Assembly: GCA_018238155.1 (NCBI GenBank)
Contig: JABCTZ010000031.1
Span: forward strand, 1-54,815
Length of the DNA: 54,815 nt
DNA from: Candidatus Heimdallarchaeota archaeon
GTDB taxonomy: Archaea > Asgardarchaeota > Heimdallarchaeia > JABLTI01
Direction: 5' to 3'
A program made the position numbers and the translations under genes. Below are positions 19,978-30,194 of this stretch, piece by piece (positions within the stretch are counted from its first letter, which is position 1; each line of letters begins with the position of its first letter). Below the pieces are notes generated by a model. It was not told the origin of the DNA, did no database searches, and was given only the letters and a program-made list of their open reading frames with translations.

Positions 19978-20607
19978 ATGGTCCGTTGGCAGGGATTATC
20001 TAAAAGAACAAAAACTGGTGCACGAATCAAAAAGCATCACGAGAAACGAAAACGAGAATTAGGCAGACCAGAAGCTCAAACAATTATAGGTGAGAAAAGG
20101 GTCAAAAAAATACGCACAAGAGGAGATAACTTAAAATTACGTGCTTTTCGATTGGAATTTTGTAATCTAACCGATCCGAATACCCGAAAGGCTGAAAAAG
20201 TTAAGATTCTTGATGTTGAAATGAACTCAGCTAATAAAGAATTTACACGTCGAAAAGTAATGACAAAAGGTGCTTTAATTAGAACTGAGAAAGGTTATGC
20301 AATTATTACTAACAGACCTGGTCAAGAAGGGTTCATATCTGCCGTTCCAACACAATTTGATGTTGATGCAACACAAGAAAGAACTATTTCTGCAAAGAAG
20401 AAGAAAAGACAAACTCTACAAAGGAAGAAAGTTGGTAGTGCTTCCGGAACTCAAAAGAAGAAAACAACCACAAGAAAGCTTGTTCCAAAAACCGCACCAG
20501 CTAAAGAAGCTTCTCCAGTAAAGAAAGAGTCTGTTGCTGAGAAAAAAGAACCAGCAAAAAAGAAAACTTCTAGCACAAAGAAAGAACCAGCAAAAAAGAA
20601 AGACTAG
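19978..20607 (+). CDS. rps8e: 30S ribosomal protein S8e with Lys-rich C-terminal extension
   Basis: KRKRELGR, RTRGDN.KLR, TKGALI.T..G.A.ITNRPGQEG; about 85-aa extra tail. Confidence 0.95.
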   Translation: MVRWQGLSKRTKTGARIKKHHEKRKRELGRPEAQTIIGEKRVKKIRTRGDNLKLRAFRLEFCNLTDPNTRKAEKVKILDVEMNSANKEFTRRKVMTKGALIRTEKGYAIITNRPGQEGFISAVPTQFDVDATQERTISAKKKKRQTLQRKKVGSASGTQKKKTTTRKLVPKTAPAKEASPVKKESVAEKKEPAKKKTSSTKKEPAKKKD

Positions 20608-20636
20608 GCTAGTTATTCACTAGTCGTTTTTTTTAT
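20608..20636 (+). terminator. Hairpin plus T-tract after rps8e
   Basis: CTAGT-tattc-ACTAG followed by a run of 8 T. Confidence 0.5.
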
Positions 20637-20715
20637 TATTTTTAATTCATTTACCGTACGAGTATAGTAGAAACTAGTATCTGTTTTCTAAATCGAAAAA
20701 TTAAATATCCACCAA

Positions 20716-21915
20716 ATGAATTACTTAATTATGGTAACTATAACAAATTTTTTTGGCACAAATTGGTGTTCTGATTGTAAACGTTCTAAAGCATTTCTTG
20801 GGGAACATAGAATTTTTTATAATTGGGTAGACATAGACCAAGATGAAACTGCAGCGTTAAAAGTTGAGAAGATAAATGAGGGAAAGAGACGAATACCCAC
20901 GATTGAATTTTCAGATGGAACATTTCTTACTGTACCAACAAATACTGAACTAGCAGAAAAATTGGGTTTAGTTACAGACGACGCACATGAATTCCATGAA
21001 GTAATGATAATAGGTGGCGGACCTACAGGTTTAACTTGTGCTCTCTATACCTCTCGAGAGAGATATTCAACTTTATTGGTAGAAAAAGGAGCACTAGGGG
21101 GGCAAGTAGGCTTTACAGAAAGATTAGATAATTATCCTGGGTTTCCAGATGGGATTTCAGGAGAAGATTTAGCAAAACGAATTATTAAACAAGTGGAAAA
21201 ATTTGGTGTAGAATTTCTCAAAGCAACTGAAATAGTCAAGGTTCGAAGTGCAAAAGGGTGTTTAATTGCAAAAACATCTACTGGAAAGGAATATGATGCA
21301 AAAGCCATTATCATAGCAACAGGTAGCAAATATCGAATGCTAAATATTCCCGGCGAACGGGATCTGCTTGGATATAAAGTGCATTTTTGTGCAACCTGTG
21401 ATGCACCATTCTACAAAGACAAAGAAGTGATGGTAATTGGTGGAGGTAATTCAGCTTTTGAAGAATCAATATTCATCGCACGTTTTGCCAAGAAAGTAAC
21501 AATTGTAGGTCGATCTGACCAATGGAAAGCAACGACGATTCTTCAAGAAAAAGTTGCAGAAACACCCAATATTGAATTAATCAACAATAAAGTTGCTAAA
21601 GAGTTCCTTGTTGGAAAAAGAAAATCACTCCAAGGAGCAGTTTTTCAAGATAAAAATACGAGTGAAGATTTCACTTATCACCCTGATGGAATATTCATTT
21701 TTATTGGCTTGGAACCAAATGCTGCTCTTGTCAAAGATTTAGTCGATTTTGATGATGGTGGTTTTATTGTAACAGGTTATCATATGATGACCAAAACTCC
21801 GGGATTATTTGCTGCAGGTGATTGCCGATCTGGGTCAACTCAACAAGCTGCTTCTGCAGCAGGTGAAGGAGCAGCAGTTGCTCTAATGGTGAGAGAATAT
21901 CTAAGGAATAATTAG
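20716..21915 (+). CDS. trxB: Thioredoxin reductase fused to N-terminal glutaredoxin/NrdH-like domain
   Basis: WCSDC...IPTI; GGGPTG, CATCD, GGGNSA and FAAGD motifs. Confidence 0.9.
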   Translation: MNYLIMVTITNFFGTNWCSDCKRSKAFLGEHRIFYNWVDIDQDETAALKVEKINEGKRRIPTIEFSDGTFLTVPTNTELAEKLGLVTDDAHEFHEVMIIGGGPTGLTCALYTSRERYSTLLVEKGALGGQVGFTERLDNYPGFPDGISGEDLAKRIIKQVEKFGVEFLKATEIVKVRSAKGCLIAKTSTGKEYDAKAIIIATGSKYRMLNIPGERDLLGYKVHFCATCDAPFYKDKEVMVIGGGNSAFEESIFIARFAKKVTIVGRSDQWKATTILQEKVAETPNIELINNKVAKEFLVGKRKSLQGAVFQDKNTSEDFTYHPDGIFIFIGLEPNAALVKDLVDFDDGGFIVTGYHMMTKTPGLFAAGDCRSGSTQQAASAAGEGAAVALMVREYLRNN

Positions 21916-21944
21916 AAAATTGGCTGGACAGAAAATGAGCTTAT

Positions 21945-22976
21945 TTAATACTCATTTTCTAAATCAACTTCATTCATAAATTTCTTTTCACCTCGAGCAA
22001 CGCGAGTAATATTGTTTATTACTTCATCCCAACGCTTTAGATCATTCATTGGTGATGCTCCTCTGTGTGGTGAAAGGATAACATTGTCTAGATTATAAAA
22101 TGGATAATGAGCTGGATGTTTTCGTCCTTGTTCATCTGGATCTGGTCGATAGTCATACCAAACGTCTATAGCTGCGCCTGCTATTGTCTTATTCTTAAGT
22201 GATAGATACAAACTTTCTTCATCAATTACTTCTCCTCTAGCAACTGTAACTAATAACCCATCTGAACCTAATAATTCAAGTTCTTTTTTGCTAATCAGTC
22301 CTTTTGTTTTAGAAGTTAAAGGAACAGCAACAATTAATATATCAATTACATCAAGAAATTTGTGTAATTCATTATTAGAATATTTTTCAATTTTTGTTGG
22401 CAAATCTGTGACTCTATCTCGAGTCCAATCTCGTTTTAGTACATGAAATTCAACATTAAATCCTGAAAGAAATTTATGGACTTTTGTGTTTACTGCTCCA
22501 AAACCAAGTAGACCTATTTTTCTGTCTCGAAGAGGATTAGACTGTGCGTCAGTGTCTCCTTTTCGCCATATTCCCTCAGCCATCCAATTATGGTGTGGAA
22601 TTATCTTATTTGTCAATGAAAGAAGTAATGCTACAGCATGTTGTGCAGTGAAATAAGTATTTCCGTGACCATTTACAAGAGTTATTTTTCTAGTTTGATT
22701 CAATTCTTTAAAAAGATCTGTTAGATGTTGCACACCAACTCCTGGGTTAATAAACAAAACTAATTTTATAGCCGCTTCAAGAAATTCTTTAGTAGGTCGC
22801 CAACCAATAATGATATCAGCTTGTGCTGCAAATTTTATCAAAAATTCTTGGGAAATTTCCTCTGGAAAAATGAGCTTTACTTGTGGATAATTTTCTAGAT
22901 TGTTCCTTATGTATTCTCGTAAACGTTCTGGTACATCCCAGAAAAATAGTACAGTAGTAGATTTTCGTTTAATCAT
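21945..22976 (-). CDS. D-2-hydroxyacid dehydrogenase family protein
   Basis: GLLGFGAV, VPLT..T.GLI, VARGEVIDE, AAIDVW and LSPHRG motifs. Confidence 0.9.
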   Translation of the reverse strand: MIKRKSTTVLFFWDVPERLREYIRNNLENYPQVKLIFPEEISQEFLIKFAAQADIIIGWRPTKEFLEAAIKLVLFINPGVGVQHLTDLFKELNQTRKITLVNGHGNTYFTAQHAVALLLSLTNKIIPHHNWMAEGIWRKGDTDAQSNPLRDRKIGLLGFGAVNTKVHKFLSGFNVEFHVLKRDWTRDRVTDLPTKIEKYSNNELHKFLDVIDILIVAVPLTSKTKGLISKKELELLGSDGLLVTVARGEVIDEESLYLSLKNKTIAGAAIDVWYDYRPDPDEQGRKHPAHYPFYNLDNVILSPHRGASPMNDLKRWDEVINNITRVARGEKKFMNEVDLENEY

Positions 22977-23132
22977 TTTTCTTCACTTTTATATTGAGTT
23001 ACACTTTGAATAAAAAATTTAACTATGGTTGGAAAATTATTTGATTTCAAGACTACTGTAGTGAGTTATTATTTAGAAGAAAAAAATGAAATGAGTGTGT
23101 TGAAGTGAAAATCACTTAACTTAGGGGGAAAA

Positions 23133-24350
23133 TTATTTTTTCCCGTTTTCAGTCGTGAAGAAAACAATGCTTTCCATAGGAAGCTTTTGCATACAAACCG
23201 GACATTCACCTTTGATTTTTATCCATTCTTGTAAATGTGATAAATGACATTTTGTTTCACATAAGCTACACATGCCTACATCATCTCCAAAAGCAATTGG
23301 TAATTTACATACAGAACAAATAAGTAATTCTTTGCTACACTCTGCACAGAATTGGTTATCTTCTTCAAGTGGATTGCCACAATAGTAACAAGTGAAATGT
23401 TTCAGTGATGATAAATCATGAGCGATTTTATTGATTTTTGTCTCAGCTTCAATAGTGTTTTCTTTTAAACCGTCAGGAATAATTACAAATCCATTGTCAA
23501 TGACAAATGTAATATCATCCGGCAAATCAAGCAGCCAATTTTGGAGAGCAATAGTATCTTGAAAAGCTAATATTTTTGCCATTTCTTTAAGTGAAATTGA
23601 ATTATAACGTTTGAATATTTGTTTTAAATCATTCACCCTTTCTTCTTCTGGTTTTGCATAATTAACCGGTAAAATGGTATCTTTAGCTTTTTGTACGATA
23701 GACGAATTTCTGATCGTATCAGCAATTTCATGGACTACCTCTTCCACTTTAGCAATAGGTCCTTCTCCTTCCTCTGCTCTTTTCACCTCTTTTTCAATTG
23801 CATTTTGAACACGTTTTATAGGTCTTGCGTTTATTATCTTTCTAACCAAAAATCCAACTGGAATGGCAATAGATAAGATGATTACAAATGGAATAATAAA
23901 TACCATTATTCTACCTACATTAGCGGTTTTCTCTGGTGTGGCAGAATTTGTGATTGGTGTTTCAGTGACTGAAAAGTCAAAGAATCCTCCTATTGTATTC
24001 TTTATTTTGATATAATATGTTGATGTTTTTTCTGCTGTAAACTGGAATCGATCTCCAGAATCAGATGCACTATCAACTTTTAAACCTGAAATTTGAAATG
24101 GTGTTTGATAGATAAATAATGAAACATCCATATTCCAAAAAGAATTGGTATCACAGACTATTGAATATGTGTGTCCTTCTTCGAATTTAATCTTTAAATT
24201 TCTATGTGTTGGAAATGATACACCAGAAACAGAATATCCAACAGAAATTTCTTCACTAGAAACAACTGGAATCAAAACTGCTAAACCAAAAATTAACCCA
24301 TAGATTGCTAAGGGAATAAGTATTAATTGTAGTGTTGTTTTCTTGTTCAT
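23133..24350 (-). CDS. Single-pass membrane protein: signal peptide, beta-rich ectodomain, TM, wHTH/PCI-like segment, Zn ribbon and C-terminal RING-like finger
   Basis: MNKK + hydrophobic leader (ATG 24350); TM IMVFIIPFVIILSIAIPVGFLV; CYYC..CAEC; CSVC-x12-CSLC-x4-HLSH..EW...CPVC. Confidence 0.75.
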   Translation of the reverse strand: MNKKTTLQLILIPLAIYGLIFGLAVLIPVVSSEEISVGYSVSGVSFPTHRNLKIKFEEGHTYSIVCDTNSFWNMDVSLFIYQTPFQISGLKVDSASDSGDRFQFTAEKTSTYYIKIKNTIGGFFDFSVTETPITNSATPEKTANVGRIMVFIIPFVIILSIAIPVGFLVRKIINARPIKRVQNAIEKEVKRAEEGEGPIAKVEEVVHEIADTIRNSSIVQKAKDTILPVNYAKPEEERVNDLKQIFKRYNSISLKEMAKILAFQDTIALQNWLLDLPDDITFVIDNGFVIIPDGLKENTIEAETKINKIAHDLSSLKHFTCYYCGNPLEEDNQFCAECSKELLICSVCKLPIAFGDDVGMCSLCETKCHLSHLQEWIKIKGECPVCMQKLPMESIVFFTTENGKK

Positions 24351-24484
24351 TGTTTGTCCCAGCTTTATTTGAATCAGCAATAATATAAAGCTTAGTAAAC
24401 GAAAAAATCCATTAGCAAGTGATTTAATACGGAATATTAATTATTATAAATTGAAATAGTCTTGTTATATTAGCTTCTTAAGAA

Positions 24485-25177
24485 GTGACTATAAAAATGA
24501 GAATACTAGGTTTAACAGATCTCCATTCTGGTGGTATGTTTCCAGTTGATGATTTACAAAAATTAATCCAAAAAATAGCAATTGATTTGTTAATTATTGC
24601 AGGAGATCTTACAACTTGGGGGAAACTAGCACAAGTAAAAAAAGTTTTAGAAGAAATCGATTCAATTGATATTCCCATTTTTTATATTCCTGGAAATATG
24701 GATTCAAGAAAATCGGGCGATATTGAATTTTCAAATATTTCTCCACTGCATGGTCGAATGAAGCTTTTTTCAGGTATTTACTTCGTTGGTTTAGGTGGTT
24801 CTAATAAAACACCGTTCAAAACTCCTTTTACTCTATCTGAGAAGAAATTAGCTGCAATATTGGATCAAGCATTCAAAGACGTTCCTAAGGGAAAACCTCT
24901 TTTTGTTATTAGTCATGCTCCTCCATTAAACTCCGAAGCAGATAAACTTCATAATGATGAACATGTTGGGAGCTCAGCTGTTAAGGAGTTTATTGAAAAA
25001 AATAACCCCTTGGCTATCCTTTGTGGACATATTCATGAATCTAAATCTATTAGCAAGATTAGCTCAACTCTATGTGTAAATCCTGGTCCCGCAAGACATA
25101 GAAATGCAGCAATAATTGAAATAATAAAAAATAAAGAAAATGAATTTGTTGCTACAAGTAAATTCACACTCTTCTAG
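24485..25177 (+). CDS. Calcineurin-like metallophosphoesterase (Icc-related)
   Basis: TDLH, AGD, PGNMD, SHAPP, CGHIHE and NPG motifs. Confidence 0.93.
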   Translation: MTIKMRILGLTDLHSGGMFPVDDLQKLIQKIAIDLLIIAGDLTTWGKLAQVKKVLEEIDSIDIPIFYIPGNMDSRKSGDIEFSNISPLHGRMKLFSGIYFVGLGGSNKTPFKTPFTLSEKKLAAILDQAFKDVPKGKPLFVISHAPPLNSEADKLHNDEHVGSSAVKEFIEKNNPLAILCGHIHESKSISKISSTLCVNPGPARHRNAAIIEIIKNKENEFVATSKFTLF

Positions 25178-25188
25178 TAATTAACTAA

Positions 25189-26862
25189 TTAAGTGTTAGA
25201 ATTACCTGAAACAACTATACCATCTCTTTTTATTTTGCCATCTTCTAATTCAATGGCTCGCATGCCATCTTTAATGATATTTATGTCATGAGTTGCAACA
25301 AGAAAAGTAATATCGGTTGTCTGGTGAAGTTTGTAGATTTGTTCAATCGCTTGTTCCGCAAGATCTGAATCTAGATTTGCAGTAGGTTCGTCTAAAATAA
25401 CAATTGGTGGATAATTATTGTTTGCAATAGCTAATGAAGCTCTTTGAAGCTCTCCGCCTGATATTTCTAAAGGAAAAGAATTACTACGATGTTCAATATT
25501 GAATTTCGTTAAATAATCATTGACAGCTTCTGAACTTATGTCAGTGAAAACTTTCCCAGAAAAGATATCTTTCAAATAGAAATTCTCAGTTACGGTTAGA
25601 AATGGATGGAGATTTCCTTGTTGTGATACCAATCCAATATTCTCTCTTCTAAAAGTTGACTTTTCCGCATCAGAAAAGTTGCTAAATAATTCATCTAAGA
25701 TGGACAGCTCTCCTAAAGAGATTTTTTCCAAACCTGTTATTAGCTTCACTAAGGTAGTTTTTCCAGATCCACTTGGACCTAAAATGAATAACAATTCACC
25801 TTTGTTAAGTTTCAGGTTAATATCTGTAAGCGCACGGACTTCATTGCCATTGCTTTGATAAATTTTTGACACATCTTTTAATTCGATTGCTGGTTGGTAA
25901 TCTTCAAAATAGTTTTTAGGAAGTTCTTCCGTAATCAATTCTTTTCTAACTAATTTTATGTCTTCAAGAATGATTTCCTTAGGTTTTATTTTTTCCGGGT
26001 GGTGTAATTTAACCATTCCTTTCTTTGACATTTGTAACTCAACAGATTCTTTTAATTGCAATGTATCTACAACTAGATCTGGCAAACGAATATTATTTGT
26101 AGAATCTATTTGACTATTGAATTTCAAGGGAAATTTATTCTGACCTTCGAAAGCATTCTGTTTATTTAAGTTGATAATAGACGAAACACGACCGTCACGT
26201 ATTTCACAAGTTCTATCGACTCCTTCTTGAAATCTTGGGTCATGAGTTACAACCAGAATAGCTGTGTCAAAATCTTGTGCTACTTGTCTCAAGACCTCTT
26301 TTACTCGAGTAGTATTCAAACTATCAAGTTGCCCTGTTGGTTCATCACACAAAAGCACAGGTGCTCTCTTGGCTAATGCACAAGCAATAGCTGTTCTAAT
26401 CATCTCTCCACCAGACAAACCTCGTACAACACGTGATTTTAAGTGATCAATACCTAGTTTTTCTAGGATAGAAGCATTACGGATGTAATCTTCTTTTGTT
26501 GCTTTCTTTTTGATATTTGAAAGGAAATTCATATTATCTTCTATTGTCCCATCTAAGAATAGTGTTCTTTCTGGGAATTGATCAATGATCCCTATCATCT
26601 CAAGCCTATATGTATTGAGAGTTTTTGATGTTAGGTTTTCTAATTCATAGTCGCCAACTCGTACATACCCACTAGAATACATTTCTAAACCTGCAATAAT
26701 ATTCACTAAAGTTGTTTTACCTGAGCCGCTTGGACCAATTATAGTAATAATTTCTCCTTTCTTTACTGTCAAATCACAACCACGTAAAGCTGGTACTCGA
26801 GTGTTTGTTTCCTCATCAAGGAATATTTTGATTAAATCTCTTATTTCAATCATTAACCTCAC
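25189..26862 (-). CDS. ABC ATPase with two LolD/MacB-type NBDs and a central AbrB-like segment
   Basis: Two GPSGSGKT, LSGGE/ISGGE, DEPT and TH motifs; linker SQIDSTNNIRLP. Confidence 0.88.
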   Translation of the reverse strand: MRLMIEIRDLIKIFLDEETNTRVPALRGCDLTVKKGEIITIIGPSGSGKTTLVNIIAGLEMYSSGYVRVGDYELENLTSKTLNTYRLEMIGIIDQFPERTLFLDGTIEDNMNFLSNIKKKATKEDYIRNASILEKLGIDHLKSRVVRGLSGGEMIRTAIACALAKRAPVLLCDEPTGQLDSLNTTRVKEVLRQVAQDFDTAILVVTHDPRFQEGVDRTCEIRDGRVSSIINLNKQNAFEGQNKFPLKFNSQIDSTNNIRLPDLVVDTLQLKESVELQMSKKGMVKLHHPEKIKPKEIILEDIKLVRKELITEELPKNYFEDYQPAIELKDVSKIYQSNGNEVRALTDINLKLNKGELLFILGPSGSGKTTLVKLITGLEKISLGELSILDELFSNFSDAEKSTFRRENIGLVSQQGNLHPFLTVTENFYLKDIFSGKVFTDISSEAVNDYLTKFNIEHRSNSFPLEISGGELQRASLAIANNNYPPIVILDEPTANLDSDLAEQAIEQIYKLHQTTDITFLVATHDINIIKDGMRAIELEDGKIKRDGIVVSGNSNT

Positions 26863-29753
26863 TCCTGTTTAATGGGTCGATACTTGTTGACCCGATGAAT
26901 TATTTCAACAATCCATCCACTAATAATGAGCACTAAACATAATATGATGATAAGAAGGGTTAACCAGAAAGGTAACCACGGATCAAATTTAGTGAAATTT
27001 TCTTTTACATTCAGTAGAGTACCCAGTACACTATTCACTAATAGACTGTTTACTACTGTCGAAATTATAAGTGGAATAAAAATTATTAGTGCAAATTCGA
27101 TTGTGAAACTTCCCCAAATTTGTTTTCTCTGGGCACCAACTTGATACTCGGATTCAATTATTCGTAACCTGTAGGCATAGATGTTTTTCGCTGTAATATA
27201 CCCAAAGAATACCAATGCTAACATTGCAATAATTGCTATAATAACAAAAAACACAATGAAAAAATCATCAATTTGAAGAAACATTGATTGTTCTAATTCA
27301 TCTTTAATCACAGTACTTAGACCGAATGATTCGATAGTTTCACAAATTACAGTTGCATTTCCTGTATCAGAAATTTTCACTAAAAGATTATGGTCTCCAT
27401 AAGCATTGGTGGAATAGCTAAGTTTCGGAATTAATTGAGAGAGAGTAAGATTACTGACTACTAAACTGTACCTGTCATAGTACCGTGAATAGAAATTAGT
27501 AGATTGCCTCCTGAGTAATGGAAAATAGTCAAAACTATTTACATATATCATTTCATATGGTTCATATGTTGGACTAGTAAATTTAGTGCTAAGAAAAATT
27601 TCGTGTTCATCATATTTTTTCTCTTTAGCAAATTTCGTACTCATCATAAATGTCATGTTATTTTCTAATTGTTCAATATCTTCTATTGAATAGTGAGTTT
27701 TTTCAAGTATTGATTGATTGATAATTTGTTTATACTCAGATACATTATGGATACTCAAAATAGTTATATCAAAACCCCTCTCAAATCTTTGGTATTCATT
27801 GGAATCAAAAAGTGACATTGTTGTTACGCCTGTAACAAGTTCCACACCTTCTATATCTGAAATATTGCCAATTATCTGTTGGTTCTGAATATCCCATTTG
27901 CTAACAAGGATATCTGAGTAACCCATTGTGAGATTTGTTTCAAGAGGTACATGCTCATTCACCGATCTTTTTACAATAAGTCCAGGTGTAATTGCTAAAC
28001 AAATCATAAACATAGCAAGAATAGACCGAGTGTAATTTGTATTATATATTGAAAGATGTTTTAAGGAGAGGGTAAAATAGCTCTTTCTTTTCTTCCAGGA
28101 AAATTTCCCGATTGCTTGCCAAAGTAGCCGAACGATTCTTGAGAATAAAATGAAGATGGATGAAATGACCAAGAGAGCTCCAACTGACATCAAAAACATG
28201 AAAGTTACTTGTAGTGATTCGAATATTCTGCCTGGTAACATATAGAACATAAATGAAAACATCATCCCCACATAACCTATTGCAATCAAGACAAGCCCAG
28301 GCATTAGGATAATAAATTCCTGTGTGGAAAATACCTTACGGATAAACTTTCTCCGTTTTCTTTTATACATTTCTGCAGTTGTTTGGGCAGATTTTTTCGC
28401 TAACGAGTTTTCAATAATAAACCCTACAAATGAAAGTGCCACAAAGAGTGCTACTACAGCAACAATAATCACTGGTTCTGCTAAAACTGTAAAATAGTTT
28501 CCAAAATTTGTTGACCCCATACCAATAGATGCAAAATAACCGAATAATAATCCGAGACTAAATCCTGCAGTCAATCCAATTGTTGATACGAGAAGATTCT
28601 CTAAGAATAACATTCTTCTTAAGGTTTTAAACTCAAGTCCGTGTACTTTGATTAACTTGAACTTGGACATTTTCTCATGATCACCAATGTGAAAAGTTTC
28701 AGTGCATATCAAAGCAAAGAGAAAGATCAAAGGAATACCAGACGCAAAAACAAGTACTGTTTTAAAGGTCCATTTACTTTGGAACATAATAATTTCATTC
28801 AGCAAATCATAACAAAAACTGTCTATATAACTCGGGAGATATTGAAAATCATTAAATGAAAACTGAACGCTAACAAATTCATCATGAAGTTTATTTAAAT
28901 TGCGGATATTCGAGGAAGTAATTTGGTAATCTAAATCAATTTTGATATTGATATTTCCTTGATATAAAACGTAGTTAGTTACTATTTGGGAAAGATATTG
29001 AGAGGTGGTGATGAATGTATCAGCATACTGATAAGTTTCATCCCCCTCATCAGGAAAATAATGATTATAATAGTTTCTCACTAAAATATCACTTGAAAAA
29101 CCAGCTTTATAAAAGACATTTAGTAGATTATCTAAAATACCCACTACAGTGAAGTTCTGAACTTCTGAGAATAGAAAATCGCTATTTTTTAAGTGAATAG
29201 TATCATTAACAGCATAAAGGGGTTTGCTCCTATTACTCGGAAGATAGAGAATTTCATGAGTGTTTTCAGGTATTTTTCCTTCTATAAGACATTGTGGCAA
29301 AAGTGAAATTGGTTCTCCACCAATACCTAATAATTCCGTTACATTGTAATCGCTTTCTGAAATGTTTTGAAAATTAAGAAAGCCCGCCGTCATTACAGGT
29401 GTATAACTTTTCACCAAATCTGGTGCTTTCTCATCAATGAATTCCATTGCTTCATTTACTGCTAAATCAAAATAATTTGAATTTTGTTCAAAATAACTTA
29501 GACTCACATCGTTAATTCTAATACTTAACATATTGTCTTGACGCCAATCATCCCTATTCTCAATATGATCCATGAAAGATTTGTACTGGTAAGAATACCA
29601 GGACATAAGAAAGGTAGTTAATAAAGTAAAAACGATAATGCTCGTTAAAACAGTGAATATGAGTCTACGTTTCCCTGTTTTCAAAAACACTTTAAACAAA
29701 GCGTTGAAAGAATGCTTCCCTAATTTCTTCTTTTTCTCGTTGCTAGCGCTCAA
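26859..29753 (-). CDS. FtsX/MacB-type ABC permease with duplicated architecture
   Basis: TM-large extracytoplasmic domain-TM cluster occurring twice; overlaps the start of the ATPase gene. Confidence 0.8.
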   Translation of the reverse strand: MSASNEKKKKLGKHSFNALFKVFLKTGKRRLIFTVLTSIIVFTLLTTFLMSWYSYQYKSFMDHIENRDDWRQDNMLSIRINDVSLSYFEQNSNYFDLAVNEAMEFIDEKAPDLVKSYTPVMTAGFLNFQNISESDYNVTELLGIGGEPISLLPQCLIEGKIPENTHEILYLPSNRSKPLYAVNDTIHLKNSDFLFSEVQNFTVVGILDNLLNVFYKAGFSSDILVRNYYNHYFPDEGDETYQYADTFITTSQYLSQIVTNYVLYQGNINIKIDLDYQITSSNIRNLNKLHDEFVSVQFSFNDFQYLPSYIDSFCYDLLNEIIMFQSKWTFKTVLVFASGIPLIFLFALICTETFHIGDHEKMSKFKLIKVHGLEFKTLRRMLFLENLLVSTIGLTAGFSLGLLFGYFASIGMGSTNFGNYFTVLAEPVIIVAVVALFVALSFVGFIIENSLAKKSAQTTAEMYKRKRRKFIRKVFSTQEFIILMPGLVLIAIGYVGMMFSFMFYMLPGRIFESLQVTFMFLMSVGALLVISSIFILFSRIVRLLWQAIGKFSWKKRKSYFTLSLKHLSIYNTNYTRSILAMFMICLAITPGLIVKRSVNEHVPLETNLTMGYSDILVSKWDIQNQQIIGNISDIEGVELVTGVTTMSLFDSNEYQRFERGFDITILSIHNVSEYKQIINQSILEKTHYSIEDIEQLENNMTFMMSTKFAKEKKYDEHEIFLSTKFTSPTYEPYEMIYVNSFDYFPLLRRQSTNFYSRYYDRYSLVVSNLTLSQLIPKLSYSTNAYGDHNLLVKISDTGNATVICETIESFGLSTVIKDELEQSMFLQIDDFFIVFFVIIAIIAMLALVFFGYITAKNIYAYRLRIIESEYQVGAQRKQIWGSFTIEFALIIFIPLIISTVVNSLLVNSVLGTLLNVKENFTKFDPWLPFWLTLLIIILCLVLIISGWIVEIIHRVNKYRPIKQE

Positions 29754-29935
29754 TAATTCCCATTCTCCACTTCTAGAATTAATGCTATTTTCTATAAAAA
29801 GGTAACCAAATTTCCTATTAAATAATCCTAATTCACCAAAAAATTGAATCCGATAAATTTCATTCTGTATACTTATGGTTGGTTAAATTTTTATATTCTA
29901 ATATTCTACTTTAGTTACGTGGACAAAATGGATAC

Positions 29936-30087
29936 ACACTCCCGGACATTATGACTTAGTGCGAGGGGATCTCGCCGCTAGCAATGGTCGATTTTTTAGT
30001 TAGCGGAGCGAATAGTAGATCCATTACTTTCTGATAGGATTAAATTCATTTGTAAATGAATCTGGGATAGTATCAGAAAGAGAGTGT
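29936..30087 (+). ncRNA. Candidate structured RNA or 5' leader
   Basis: Nested pairings ACACTC/GAGTGT, GGATCT/AGATCC, CCGCTAGC/GTTAGCGG, CTTTCTGATA/TATCAGAAAG and ATTCATTT/AAATGAAT. Confidence 0.45.
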
Positions 30088-30194
30088 CTCTAATACTAAC
30101 GTTCTTTTCATAGTATCAGAAAATCGATTTCATTTTACTTGTTGTTGAATTGTGACAGAAAGATATTGAAAAAAAGTTTTGGAGAAAAGAAAAA

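Noticed and set aside
29936-30087. tRNA, SRP, RNase P or hammerhead identity for the structured element
   Set aside because: No T-loop/cloverleaf, no GAGGAAAGUCC and no complete CUGANGA...GAAA core were seen.
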